Part shown: positions 36,001-60,315 of the stretch, piece after piece
How the letters are laid out: the number at the start of each line of letters is the position of its first letter
Position numbering within the stretch: position 1 is the stretch's first letter
Source: Bugula neritina
Taxonomy: Eukaryota > Animalia > Bryozoa
DNA length: 64,000 nt
Direction of reading: 5' to 3'
Assembly: GCA_964035545.1 (NCBI GenBank)
Contig: OZ037765.1
Coordinates: 6,458,698 to 6,522,697 of the forward strand
Notes under the pieces: generated by a model
The model's input: only the letters and a program-made list of their open reading frames with translations
What the model was told of the DNA's origin: nothing
Databases searched by the model: none
Made by a program: the position numbers and the translations under genes

Positions 36001-39000
36001 TCTAGTTTTTAGTACAACTTTTCCTGTTGTTGCCCCACTAACCTCTTAACAATTAGCTGATTGGGAGCTCGAAGCTGACCTTGAGGGTATCAGGTTAATT
36101 CAATAAATGCTGCCTAATTATATATGCTATTACTAATTTACAACTAAGGTGTAGTTTTTGCTAATGTATTATGATGTTAATTGCCTCATACAACCTGGAG
36201 CATTACAAACATACATAAAGTTATATCATTTTTACATAATAATAATTGATGAATATTATTTTTGGTGTTGCTTATGTGTGTAGATAGATGTGCAACATAT
36301 TCATGCAGTTGTATTATACTGTTTTGGTCATTTATTTTATTTATATAATATAAAAAAGCAGAATATCTTAAAGTTGGAATATGTTTAGCAAAGATATGGA
36401 AGGTTAGGCTTACATTTTAACCAAGTGTATTTAATTATCAAGTTTTATTAGCCTACTGTGTATTGTTAAAGAAAGCAATTATACAGAAATACAAAGGGCA
36501 CTCTCACTCTTACGTTAGTCAAACAAACATTTTTATTCTATTTTCTTTTCGTCTAATAAGTTTCCAAACATCTGGTTTTGTCTAATAGTTTCTTTTGTAA
36601 GTTTTCCTGGTGTGTTCTGACTTTAAGATACATTTAAAAATTAGCACAAATTGTCAGAAGTCTTCTTATAAAAACGCATGTTCAACTCCTGAATTACATC
36701 AATTATATAAACTTATCATTATTGTAGATAAGCGATAAGAGCGGATACTGTACTGCTAACAGCATATACCCTGTAGGCTACTGCTGCACCCGGGAATACG
36801 CTGCCATTGATGACATCTCAAGCAGCTGCCTTTACACCTGTAAAGTAACTGAGGGCGAGTCTGGCCCCCAGGTAGGCATACACTATACTCTATCTAATGT
36901 CTTGCTAAGTTAATCTGTTCAACATTTATTGCATTGCTGCCTATTTCTAATTAACTAAAATATATTAATTAATAGCCATCAATTTCAGCGCAAGGATAAA
37001 TGTGTACTTTATTTCATCATAATTTTATATTAGAAATGCAAATATCTACTTTAAATACATAATGTTGATTCGTAGATTGATTACTTTAGTTTTCGTTTTG
37101 TGTTAACTTTGTTTGTTTTTTACATAGTTTGAGATCTCTCCCGACTCTGATCCCGACATTCTATTGGTCGACTCTACACCTGATAAATGTCATGACCAGC
37201 TACTCAAGTTGATCACTGAAAATACGTAAGTTGCCAGATATGCTGATGTCACATATAAATCAGCTGAAGTCTCTTCTGGCCTAATGGAATAGGCGTTGAC
37301 AAGTAACTGTAATTTTGCTAGTTTATGCGGATTCACTATTAAATCACATGAAGCTCATAACAATGTAAATCACTGTAGACTCTCAGCTCTTAGTACTTTA
37401 CTCTTATTTAAGATTTATGTCCCCCACAGTCATGCATCTTTTGATCCAGAGTAGCCTCATAAAAAACTTTAGAGTTCATCTATTCATGTAAACTGTTGAT
37501 GTGAAATGATTGAAAGTTAAAAGACCAAGTTAGCGTTTATTTTCAATTAAACTTTGTATGCGATGCATAGTTTGATGAACCACAACATAGAAAATGTTAT
37601 TATATTTGTAAGCTAGTTTCTAATCACTCCCAGGGGTAAGACAATCACCATTCGAGTGTGAAAAAGTTTTAAAAGAAAATTTTTCAACAATAGCACCAAA
37701 ATAATAATAAGGTATCAGGCAATGTAGCAAGTTTATAGAATATCTAAGGACACAGCTAGTGAGTGTACAAGAGCGACATAATGCTATCTAGACTGTACAG
37801 TTCCTTGTAGTCAATGAAATTATCATCAAATAGAACTTGCAGACACCCAACAGAGCAAAGGGGTGAAGGGTTACAATCTATAATCTAGAATCTAGATGGT
37901 CATTCACTTACATAATATGGGCATCAACCAGTCACAATTAAGGGCAAACTATTTTACCCTGGTGATAGTAAAAGTTCAGTCAAAATATTGAAAAGATGGA
38001 AACTACCTCAATTTTGTTTTAGTAAATCTTTTACTTTCTATATTGTATGATGTTTCTATTGATATGTTGATATAACTTCTTTACTAGTATTGACATATTT
38101 TTCATTTGCATGCAATCATTACTGTAGTCTGCATAGCATGTCAAGGTCATTGAGTTCTTAAGAACTAATAACAACGGATACAGTCGCAGTGTCAACTTAA
38201 TTAGACATCTTGGTTTTGCACAAATTCATCATCAGTAAATCAATCAGTGCAGATAATTATATTAAAGGCAGTGGAAAAGATTGCAAGTGCTGGTTTGACA
38301 ACGGAAATGTGCAGTATTTTTATTAATAGCTGAAACCTTTTGGGCTTCTTGACTTATTTGTAAGGCATGTTGATTATGTTTATAATTATTTTCTATCTCA
38401 TGTAGTACCTAGCTCTCTACATTTTACTGCTACATGTTTCTCTGCTATTCCTTGCCTAACTAAAGCATCTACATACATCCTGCTGGTGAAATTTGGTGTC
38501 TATATAAAACCTAGGGCACAGTTAGCAGAGCTTCTCTATTTCACAATGCTATACTTTACTGATGGCCATATTCAACATGCCTCTAGAACTGAAAAAGGGC
38601 ACCTGGAAAGTGGGCTGTGTTAAATTAGTAGTAAATAGTTTTGTGTGTTTGTGTCACTTTCAGCCCAAGCTGTATAGCCTACTACTGTTTATATAAGAAT
38701 TTATTCTCAAAATATACAATAACACATTACATCACTGTTAATGGCTTCAGGTACTGAAAATATGCTAATGATAGTTATTGTTACAGTATGTGTTCCCCAT
38801 TGGTTAGGTTGACATCCAGGTTTTAATTATTGGAGTTTGTTTTGTAAGGGTGTTGCAAGCATGCTTGGTTCTAAGTGATGTTAAATTGACAGTTGGATTA
38901 GAGGTGCATATTGGTGTGGTGTTCACTAGTCTAGAAGCCTGGGGGTGGTAAGATTGGTGGTCTACTTAATTATCTGCTTCCATAGGTTAACTGTTGTTTG

Positions 39001-39579
39001 TTACCATTGAACTATAATAGGAAGTTTTAATTTATTGTTTGTTACCACTGGCGATTGCAAGGCTGTAAATTTTATGGTTCTGCTGTACAATATAATATGA
39101 TAGTTGGTTAGAATTACCTTGTTCATTTTGCATGTTGGAAAGAAATGGGTGACACGATTGTCAGTGTGTCATTTGATTGGTCAGTGTAGGCTTTTTATGA
39201 GCTCCGTTCTGGGAGAGTTGACATAGCAGCACATATATGTGGGAATTGGAGCATTTGGAGATGCCCCTTGTTTTCATAGAACACATTATATTAGCATAAC
39301 AGTTAAATAAGCTTATCAATATTAACAGTGTCCTCCATTTGTTGCAGGGACCACGAACTAGCTATATCAACCAAGTCGGATTTCTTCGGGCTAAAGCATC
39401 CACTGATAAGAAACCTACTGCAGTGCAGTCAAGGAGCTAACAACTGTTTGGAGTATCAGTGGTGTATGTTTGAAGTGGTTAAAAATAACAGTAAACTGAC
39501 TGCTGTCCCATCAGAAAATGATGTAACCTCTAGCTATAAAGCTCTAGTTGAACACTTGCTAAGCACAGAAACTGTATAA
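33100..39579 (+). CDS. TBRG1: Transforming growth factor beta regulator 1 / NIAM (coiled coil plus FYRN/FYRC) with an extra N-terminal winged-helix-like domain; 10 exons
   Basis: Exons 33100-33221, 33376-33412, 33505-33567, 33737-33895, 33987-34057, 34282-34487, 35087-35244, 36728-36871, 37128-37225 and 39348-39579 join in phase. LDSSGRPILPIEL, IYPVGYCCTREY, DFFGLKHPLIRNLLQ and CLEYQWCMFEV match human TBRG1. Confidence 0.9.
34770..35062. repeat. Degenerate (TATAC/CATAC)n pentamer satellite in a TBRG1 intron
   Basis: Read directly; explains the Tyr/Ile/His ORFs 34710..35105 and 34768..35034. Confidence 0.9.
35652..35892. repeat. AT-only low-complexity/minisatellite tract
   Basis: Repeated ATATATAGTAATATAAT and AATGTAATGTATAT units. 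Confidence 0.85.
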
Positions 39580-40811
39580 CGTAAGCAGACATTTTGTTCA
39601 TAACACAATTCAATAACTCTGCTTTTTACAACTTTTATAAACCATGCATGCCAACTGAGGTATGTGAAGGTTGGCTTTGATGTCAGGTAACAATAGCAAT
39701 TGAATTTGTACTTAGTTTTCTTGTGCTGCAAATATTTCAGACATTGAAGAGGTTGTAAACTAGGTTAGCAGTGTTCAAGCATGAAGGGAATTGAAATATA
39801 ATATGCTGATAATTTCTATAAACAAGATGTATTCAGAAATTTATTGTCAACTTCTAAACTAAAGAGCTACATATTGAACTTCTAAAAGCAGGTTAGGGAT
39901 GCATAGTCACACAAACATATGAAACTAGGCTACTTGTACATCTACATGTATTACAGCTGTTAAACTTTTATTTATTGAGATAAAATCTATATCCATTATG
40001 GCTTCATGCAAAATTATTTAGGGCAAAATATCATAATTTTATTTATACAACACCAAAAATACCAATGGGGAGTTATCTTGACACAAACAAGTACATTTAC
40101 AACGACTGGAATGTCGTGTGGCTTGATGTTACAAATGCAGTATGAAATTCAAATACAATAATGTGTATAACTACAGCTAAAACTTGTCCTCCGTTAGTAA
40201 TGCATTAAGTAGAAATAAACACCATTGATAAATTTCCAGCCAAAAACATAATTTTAATATACAAACAAGTAGTTTCAACGGATAAACAAAACTAAAACAT
40301 AAAATATATATTAAGAGCAAAGTGCCAGATACAACTCTATTTCCTAATATCTACATTAATCACACATAGTTCAGAATATGACTGTTTAGTAGTAATCAGC
40401 CATCAAGCTACAATCCTATATTGATGCAAACACATTTAATATGTGACGAAAACTGGGCAGAATATTTATAAGTATCATTGAAAAGCTTTGTATGAGCCTT
40501 AAGGTGGTATATACCTAAAATATATCATAAAAATATACTCCCCATGTGAAGCTGGATAAATATATCTCATCGACACACTAGTTGCCAAAAATAAATTCTA
40601 TTTACCAGCAGAGGATATTACAATAATATATTATGTTACGTGATATTAAAATGTATGATACACTAGAAGGAACTCAACATACAACACCAGTGCAAACAGC
40701 CTGCAAAGAACTGCACACCATTTGTATATTAAACAGGTCTACAAATTTGAAAGTTGTTGTGCCCAACTAGCTGTCAAAAACATTTGGTCAATCAGGGAGT
40801 GATAGAAAGCA

Positions 40812-51993
<11,182 letters not shown>

Positions 51994-52611
51994 GATTAGC
52001 AAGACGAATAATGAAATGCCCGGCTGTTATTTGCTTCAATACCAGGTGACAGCCAATCATGAAATGAGAACTGCGAGAAGGTTGAAAACATAGTAAGTGT
52101 AGTCTCAAAGCTACCTTCATGCAAATTGATCAATGACAAAACATTTTTTTTTATTTTTTAGAAAAAAAAAACAAATAAAAACATTTTTTTTTTAAAAATA
52201 GTTTTTGTTGCTCAACTTATTTTTGGGTTGTTATCTATTACAATGTTTTTTTTTGTAGAGTTAAACATGGCTTCGCACAATTGTAATCACATTGTTATTG
52301 AAATTTAAAAAATGTCATTATGAGCTGAGAAGCCGTTTCTTGCAACAGTTTTGCAAGAGTTAGCTCGTTTGCTAATTTGTCGTGCTGATATATTTTTGAT
52401 TTTGCTACTAAATCGTTTGTATGCTCCACTATTTCTGTGAATACTGTTCCCATCGGCATCACATCCAGTGCCACTGCATCATATTCAATTTCATATTGTA
52501 ATTGTAATTGATATTCACTCACTCACAGTCACTCTCAGTCCTAGTCTAACTCTGTGTGAGTGCGACTAATTCTCAATTTCATTTTCCCTTTGACCATTTG
52601 GGACCATCAAA

Positions 52612-55600
52612 ATGAAACTGTGGTTATCCAATGCATCAGGCCTGTTTAGAGGTAAGTAAAACATTTTTCTGACTTTTCATTTTTATTTCAACAGTTGTCA
52701 TTGACTTTGAGTTAGACTGTACCGTATACTCTGTAGACCCAGACTGAGACTGTGGCATACTGATACTTATGTTGATTGTGATAGTCATAGTGGTTGCTGT
52801 TGTCTTAATTGTAGGCTTGTTAGTTGTTACTCTTGCTGTGTGTTGCAATTGCTATTACTATTAGTATTAGTATTACTATTTATAATTAATGAGACTCTTA
52901 GTGTAAGTTTCAGACTTGGTGATGTGGTTTTTGTTGTCAATCAGAGATCTTTTTTTTAATATAATCTTCAGATGAGTCAATTCAAATTACAATTTTTTCT
53001 ACAATTAAATATTATGGTTATTTTCTAAAATTTAAAGGTTTTGTATCTTTATTTGTTTCTACTGATGGCAAAACAAATGACGTTAATCTATTAATGTGAT
53101 CAATATGAGAATGTGCAGTGGAAGCAATATCTGTCTTGAGTGCGGTGGCAACCAGTAAAAAGCTGTTGTGGTCTTTGCTGCTTTTTTCAATAAAGATTTG
53201 CAATATGGTCTAAATTAACCATGTATTTAGTTAATTTTATGTTCATTGAATTATATTGTATGGGAGAAGCAGCAGATGCTTTTGCAATTTGTTACTCAGT
53301 TCCAGGCGGACTTTCAATTACATTACAAAATGTGACACATCATCCATTATTTTTTTAAAATGGCTTCATCCTTACAACATAAGCAAAATTAAAAAACATT
53401 CGTCTTCTTGTTACTCAATTACGAAAACATGACAGTGAGCTAATATCATGATCATACATGTGGTAGATGGTACTCTACTTTTGGGGGAAAAGTTGTGAAG
53501 GCTCGGCAAAATTCATTGGCTCTTGTAAAGTGCCATTCAAGCTTTGTTTGGTTGGTCCTATGTATTCCTGTGTTACAGATGAAATCTGTATTTCTTAGAA
53601 ACTGGTTTCAATATAGCACATAAAAATATGTAAAACTGTTGAACTAGGATTCCAACAGATGATCTTTGTGTACATAATTATATTTCTTTAAGCAAAATAT
53701 CAATAACAAATAAGTTTACTAGCTTGTAGCCATGAGATAAAAAAGATGACGAATTACTGCCTGTACTGTACTGTGTTTCACCTAAATTGCCTATTTGAAT
53801 GTTTGCAATGTTGTGAAGCCATTTACACAGTTTATAATTATACAAACATGTTTGATTCTACTCTATGTCTAATATTATGCTGACCTGCTGCTACTGCTTT
53901 CCATTGTTGTTGGTATTGGAAGTTTATTTTCATGATATAACCTTCAGAAGTACATTTATACTCGCTGTGATGTCAATACATAAGGAATTGTATATGTCAA
54001 GTCTAGGTTTAGTTTAGTCTATGTAAAGCAGCATTGATGCTACTGCTAACTGATCTTTACATGTGGGTTTCAAGTGACTGTGAAAATAAAAGTTATACCG
54101 CTAACAATAGTTTAAATAAAAATGTTAAGTGTTTCTATTTTAGTAACGAATGAAGATGGCACGAGGAACGTCACCAAAATGGTCATATTTGGCATGACTG
54201 GTGTGGCGTGTGCATCATTTGCCTCTTACAAGCTTTACAGGTGGCTGGGGAAAACTAACCTTCCCGTCTCAGCCAAGGTTGGAGATAATGACAATGCTCA
54301 AAGAAGTAGTAGGCCTACTGATACAACGCCCAAGTCAAATGGTTCAACATCTCAATCTAATGGAGATAGTACTGCAGTAAGCATGAAGTTTATTCAATGT
54401 GTATTTAAATTGTACAACATATTGATAAGAAAAGGTATTTTGTAGTAGTCATAGAAAAAAATTTTTACCAGGTACTACTAATAATTCAATAAAAAAAGCC
54501 ATATGTTTCAAGTGTTGTAAAAACTCTTGAAAATTTATAACAGCTACTCAAGCGAATTGACTGCCAACTAATGACAAGCTGTAAATGCCGCAGCTACGCA
54601 TGTTTTTTTTTTTTTATTTATAGTTTAAAGTTTCCAGTTTTGTAGTTCTAACTTCACTTCAACGGTACCTACCAATATATATCTTGATGATGACAAGTTG
54701 CCCTTTGTTTACCAACCTTTAAGGATGTAATATTACCAGTTCTGCCTAAAATAAGGAAATATTTCCAATATGTTTTGTGTTCAAACTCTTATAACAGTTC
54801 TTTTGTTAGATGAGTTATTATAAAATTAAATTCTGCAAAGTAAAGCATTGCTAACCTGCTTCATGGTATATAAACAGTCATGGTAATATATAAACAGTGT
54901 GATCTCTTGAGCAAGAGATAGTATAAGTATACTCTGGGTATTATAGATATGTGCTCTACTAAGTTGTGCAACAAGTTCTCAAAATTATACCCGAATGTGA
55001 ACTCTAGGTGTTTGTTTAATACAAAACTTTTAGCAAAAATATTTATAGCAAAATACTTATCAATATTGTAGAAGTTTACGCAATGCATTTTCTGTCTCAA
55101 TTATGATGAGAGTTCAGTATATGTTGTAGACCTCCAACCCTGCCTCTCAGGCCATCAAGGCTAAGGAGCAAGGAAACGAGTTCTTTAAAAAGAAACGTTA
55201 CGATCAGGCCCTAAGCTCCTATAATCAGGCCCTAGAACTTTGTCCGAAGGAAGAAGTGAAACTTCTGGCTGTCCTCTACCAGAATCGCGCAGCTGCCAAC
55301 GATTGCAAGGTGAATCTTTTTAGCTCATCTTTTGATTGTGTCAATACTGCGCTGGATCACTTTGTGTTCTATTTGACTGGACACTTTTCAGAAGTCCCCA
55401 ATAACCCCTTTACAATTAAGAGTTGTGTCCTCCTAAAGTGAATAGGTTGAACCTTATATAAAGAGTAAGCTCATTAAAAATTTAAAGTTTGACTGCTACT
55501 TAAAATTCTAATTATGCTATAGAATTGTTCTTTAGGAGATAGATATTTTGGTATAAGCACACATATTAGCAGTTGAAAAAAAAATTTAAAATATTTCTTC

Positions 55601-58600
55601 ATGAAAAATTTTGAAGAAACTAAACTTGAACACATTTCTGTGGTTTTGGTTACTGACCAATGGTGAAGTGGCACTTCAGCATTGCTCAGCAACCAAAACC
55701 ACAAAAATGCATTTAAGTTTATTTTGTTCAGCAGTTGTTATTTTGGGAGGACACAATTCTTAATTGTAAGGAGGATATTGAGGACCACTGAAAAGGGTTT
55801 GTTGAACATAGAGTACATTGTATCATATTGTATACATTTCATCAATGCAAGACAACAGAAACAATTTGTATATCCCAACAGAAAAACTGGAAAACTGTGG
55901 TGGCAGATTGCACTGAAGCTATAAAGTGTGACCCTAACTATCAGAAGGCCTATATGAGAAGAGGGAAAGGCCATATGGAGATCAGGAAGTATAAAGAAGC
56001 TAAGAAAGGTAACATACTCATGTTTTATTAATTAAGCTATTTTCTAGTTTAAGAATAGAGTTGCCTCACACTGTACTCCTTGGGATGTTTGCAAGGAGAC
56101 CATGCATGTGTATTAGAACGGATTGGCAAACCCAGCTATTTTTCAATTCTGGTTGCAATGCATGTATTTTATGTGTTTTTAAAATGTGTATGGAACTGGC
56201 TCTTTCAGATCTGGTAGTTGGCTATTACCTACAGAAACCTCCCAGCGAGTCCGCTAAACAATCCGTCATCCTAGCCATGGACAAGGACGCTGAAGTAGCG
56301 GTTGTCGGCCACATGAAGGTGGGCTTACAATGAAATGATCAAAACTTTTCATGCTATTTTGTAACATGTCATATCAGTTATGATTTTTACTAGAAGAAAT
56401 AAAATTTATTTCTTGTTTATTTCTAGTTTCCATATTTTCAGAATCGTCGGCCCGTACTTATCAGTGCCGAAACCGTGAGATCGTATCTGGCCAACTTTCA
56501 GTTCGATCCAGTGACCACTTGCATTGCCAAATTTTCTGCACCAGTTGATGGAAAGAGGTTAGAGTGTTATTGTTACTGTTTGGCCAAGGAAAATTGAAAT
56601 ATGAGTTCATTTTTAAAGAATACTAAAAGCTTGGTTTGTCAAACACAGTTAGATGCCCAATTTTACTAATCTTCACTAATTTTCTTCGAGTGTACTCAAC
56701 GCCTACTTTTACCCTGTATCAGTAGTGTATTACAAGTTTTTAGTCTTTTGTAAGGTAATATGTGCTTTAAATTCATTCTGCAAATATATTTGTTAGAGCT
56801 CCCTTCCAAGTTGCATGCTACCATATTGAGCTCAGCCAATATAATGCTGTGCTACCCTATCTTGATGAACAAATGGCGTTGGGAGAAAGCAATGTGTACT
56901 TGAAAGAGACCTTGCTTCTCAGAGCTACCTTCAGGGTTCTCGCTGGTTTACCTGATGAAGCTGAGTCGGACATTGCCAAACTCATGGGTATTAAGGATCT
57001 ACCACCTAGGGTAGGTGTGACAAGCAGTGTTTGTAGTTCATCTGGAAATTTGTTTAAAATATTTCTTTCCTTTTGAATTAAGGAGTTATGTTATGATTTG
57101 TTGTTTTTAGTACATGTCTACTGCGCTGCTCCGTAAAGCTCTTTTGGCTATATCTAAGATGAACACCTACGATGCCTTTTCGATCATGGCTGATGCCATC
57201 GCATGTGATCCCAAGAATGGTGATATATATCACCATCGAGGCCAGGTAATGTCAGACTAAGTTTATTGTAGTCGTCTTGTCGTTGTGCAGTATTTTACGC
57301 TGCCCCATGTAATCTTTTCATGGATGCCATACAAATGTCGTAAAAACATTAGGTAACCTAGCTATCTTTTGGTTCTGGCTGTAATTATATATAATAGATG
57401 CAGTGAGAGTGGTAGCAAAGCTAAATGCAGAACCCAAGTGTGTTTTTGTATGTGTGTGTGCTGGACCAGCATGTCTGGACATGCTTTTCAATGGTTAATA
57501 TTATATAGTGCCAGATTCCTCTAAAAAATGTGAAGCTTTAAAACTGGCTTTGCAATGAAAAATTCATCTTTTTCTGTTCTATATTCATGTTCTTTCAACT
57601 GAAAGATATGAAAACAATCTTGTACACATACATAATTTGCATAAACTAAGACCAAACCTAGTTTAATTAACAATGAAGGAGTTTTCTTTTCTGTATAGTC
57701 TGTATATTGTTGTTTTTGCAGATTAACCTGCTGATGGGTGACATTACAAGCTGCATGGATGACACTGAAAAAGCTATCAGCTACAATAATACGGAGGTGC
57801 CAGCCCTTATTTTCCAAAAGCAAATGTGTGGTGAGTCATCCTAATCAGTCATGTTTTTCTAGATTATCCTTCACCTGGAGTCTAAGTTAAGCTGATAATA
57901 TAAGAGCTTTCTAAACTCATATGGGACTTCAGTCAAATTGTACTAATTTATATGCCGTTGGGTGAAATGATGATTTAATGACTGCTAAACTGTTGCCATT
58001 TAATATTTCAAAATCTGCTGGTTTGTAAGATGCTGGAATTGTTTTTATTGAGTATTTTGACTCTGAATTTGTTCATTCATGAAACTATTTAATTGTATTT
58101 AGTATTCTCAGCTAAGCTAGGGCCAGTAAATTGATGTTTATTTTCACAGAGTTGCAGATGGCATTGCATGGAAAGAGAGAGGAAGATCTCAATAATCTCA
58201 TGTCAGAGCTGAAAACTATGCGAGAGAAATACTCCACTGAGCCTGAAGTCTGGGGCCTTTACGCTCAAACTTTCGTCTCATTGGGCGAGTTTGAGAAAGC
58301 TCAAGATATTTATGACCAGGCTATTGCTTGCTGCCCCAACTGCCCCACTCTTTACATTCAGGCAGCGTAAGAACTATTTATAATAGACCCTTTTCAGAAG
58401 TCCCTCTATGGGCATTTATAATTTTAAATTATCTCCTCCCACCAGGTACATAGAGGAACCTCCACGATAGAGAGAAAGCACATAAAATCAGTAGAAATTT
58501 AAGGTTTGTGTGAAGTCTATTGCTAGCATGAGTTTCTTTTTTTCTGAGATTAATACTTCGGCATAAGCACACATATTAGCAGTTCCAGATTTTTTTTAAA

Positions 58601-60315
58601 AATATTTTTTCTTGATAAATTTAGAAAAAAATGAACTTCAGAACATTTTTGTGGTTTTGGTTATCGAGCAATGCTGAAGCGAGTAGCTATAATATAAATC
58701 CCACTAATCATTTGTTTTGCTGGCTGTCACCACTCTTTTTAGAGCTGTTAACCTTTCAACCCCTTGTATTATGCTAACATGGTCATTGTATATACATGGT
58801 ATACAATGACCATGTTAGTATTATACAAGGAGTTGAAAGGTTATCAGCTCTAAACAGAGCGGTGACAGCCAGCAAAACAAGTGATTAGTGAAATTTATAT
58901 CACGGCTACCCGCTTCAGCATTGCTCGATAACTAAAACCACAAGATTTCTTTGAAGTTTATTTTCTTCCAAATTTATCAAGAAAAAACGTTTTTTTAAAA
59001 GTCTGGAACGGCTAATATGTGTGCTTATGCCGAAATATTAATCTCCGACACAAAGAAACTCATGCTAGCAATAGACTTCACACAAACCTTAAATTTCTAC
59101 TGATTTTATGTGCTTTCTTTCCATCGTGGAGGTTCCTCTATGTACCTGGTGGAAGGAGACAACTCCAAATTATAAATGCCCATAGAAGGACTTCGAAAAG
59201 AGGCTATTTAGGTAGATGGAATCGCTTTTTCAAGTTTTTTTAGTGACACACAATTTATATATAGAGATATAAGCTTGCATGTGTTTGGTGTATTTGTAGT
59301 CAACTCCTGATCTCATTGGATAGGAGTTTGGAGAAGGCCCTCTCTTACCTCAACCAGGCTAAAGAGTTGGACCCCTACTATGAAAACACATATACTCACC
59401 TTGGTCATGTCTATGATAAATTGTGAGCATTTTTTCATACTAAACAGTTTTTCTGAAGCGTTGAGCTAACATTTAGCATCTACAATAGGTTTTTTATTGA
59501 AAAAATTCCAATGTTGTTTTGATTTAGCATACCTCATTGTTCAGAGCTAAATTGTTTACTAGAAACTCATATTCTACATATTACACACTTGCATATGCTA
59601 TCTTTATCTATTTACATTAATACTTTATAGGGAGAGTTCAGTTATGCATGCAACTCATCTTAGTAGCAGGGTTGGGATGATTGTAATTTGTAATTGGTTA
59701 TAATTAATTACATTTTTTCCAGTAATTGAATGTAATTTGTAATACCTGTATAAAAATGTAATTGTATTAATTACATATCTAATGTAATTGAATTTTACAA
59801 TTACATGTCAATTACTTCAAACTTTAAAATCTTAACAATTTCATACTTTTCCTACCATGCCTACTGTTAAATAACAAGTTCAGATTAAGTCAACGTGGTA
59901 TAATATCACTATTGAGAACAAAGGAGGTTCAACACTGTCAAGATTGTCCCTGGTAGTTGGACCCTAGAAGTGAGATTGCATAACTTCTATTTATCCCTTG
60001 TGAGAACAAAAGTAATTGTAATTAATTACATTCACATGTAATAGATCCCAACCCTGCTTGGTAGAGCCATAAGAAAGTTTAGTCAGTTATTTGTCTATTT
60101 TAACAAGTATGGTAATTGTTAGAAACATTGTTATATACGATGTGATTTGTAGAGGCAAGATAGATGAAGCTCTGGAAAGTTACCAGAAACTCCTCGCATA
60201 CAGCAGAAGTGCTCCCGATGTTAAAAATGCTATGGTGATGGTTAGCTCTGTTGAAGCTCAGCTAGACATGAAGAAGGACTTTGGCCTGGAAGTTCCAAAC
60301 ATTTTCAATAACTAA
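52612..60315 (+). CDS. TOMM70: Mitochondrial import receptor TOM70-like (N-terminal anchor plus TPR repeats), 12 coding exons
   Basis: Exon 52612-52651 (MKLWLSNASGLFR, phase 1) joins 54144 (hydrophobic MVIFGMTGVACASFASYKLY); AKEQGNEFFK, YQNRAAA and KAYMRR clamp TPRs; DIYHHRGQ; end AQLDMKKDFGLEVP matches human AQTEVAKKYGLKPP. The first exon is inferred. Confidence 0.85.
55375..55803. mobile_element. Decayed, internally deleted foldback/MITE related to 58381-59209
   Basis: Shares CTTTTCAGAAGTCCC, ATAAGCACACATATTAGCAGTT and TGTGGTTTTGGTTA with the larger element; has its own palindrome centred near 55670. Confidence 0.65.
58381..59209. mobile_element. Large foldback element: about 410-bp inverted arms, loop under 10 nt near 58796
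   Basis: Arms mirror throughout, e.g. CCACCAGGTACATAGAGGAACCTCCACGAT versus ATCGTGGAGGTTCCTCTATGTACCTGGTGG, and CTAACATGGTCATTGTATA versus TATACAATGACCATGTTAG. Confidence 0.92.
59667..60056. mobile_element. hAT-type MITE with internal GTAATT repeats
   Basis: TIR CAGGGTTGGGAT / ATCCCAACCCTG; 8-bp TSD CTTAGTAG (59659-59666) and CTTGGTAG (60057-60064). Confidence 0.85.
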
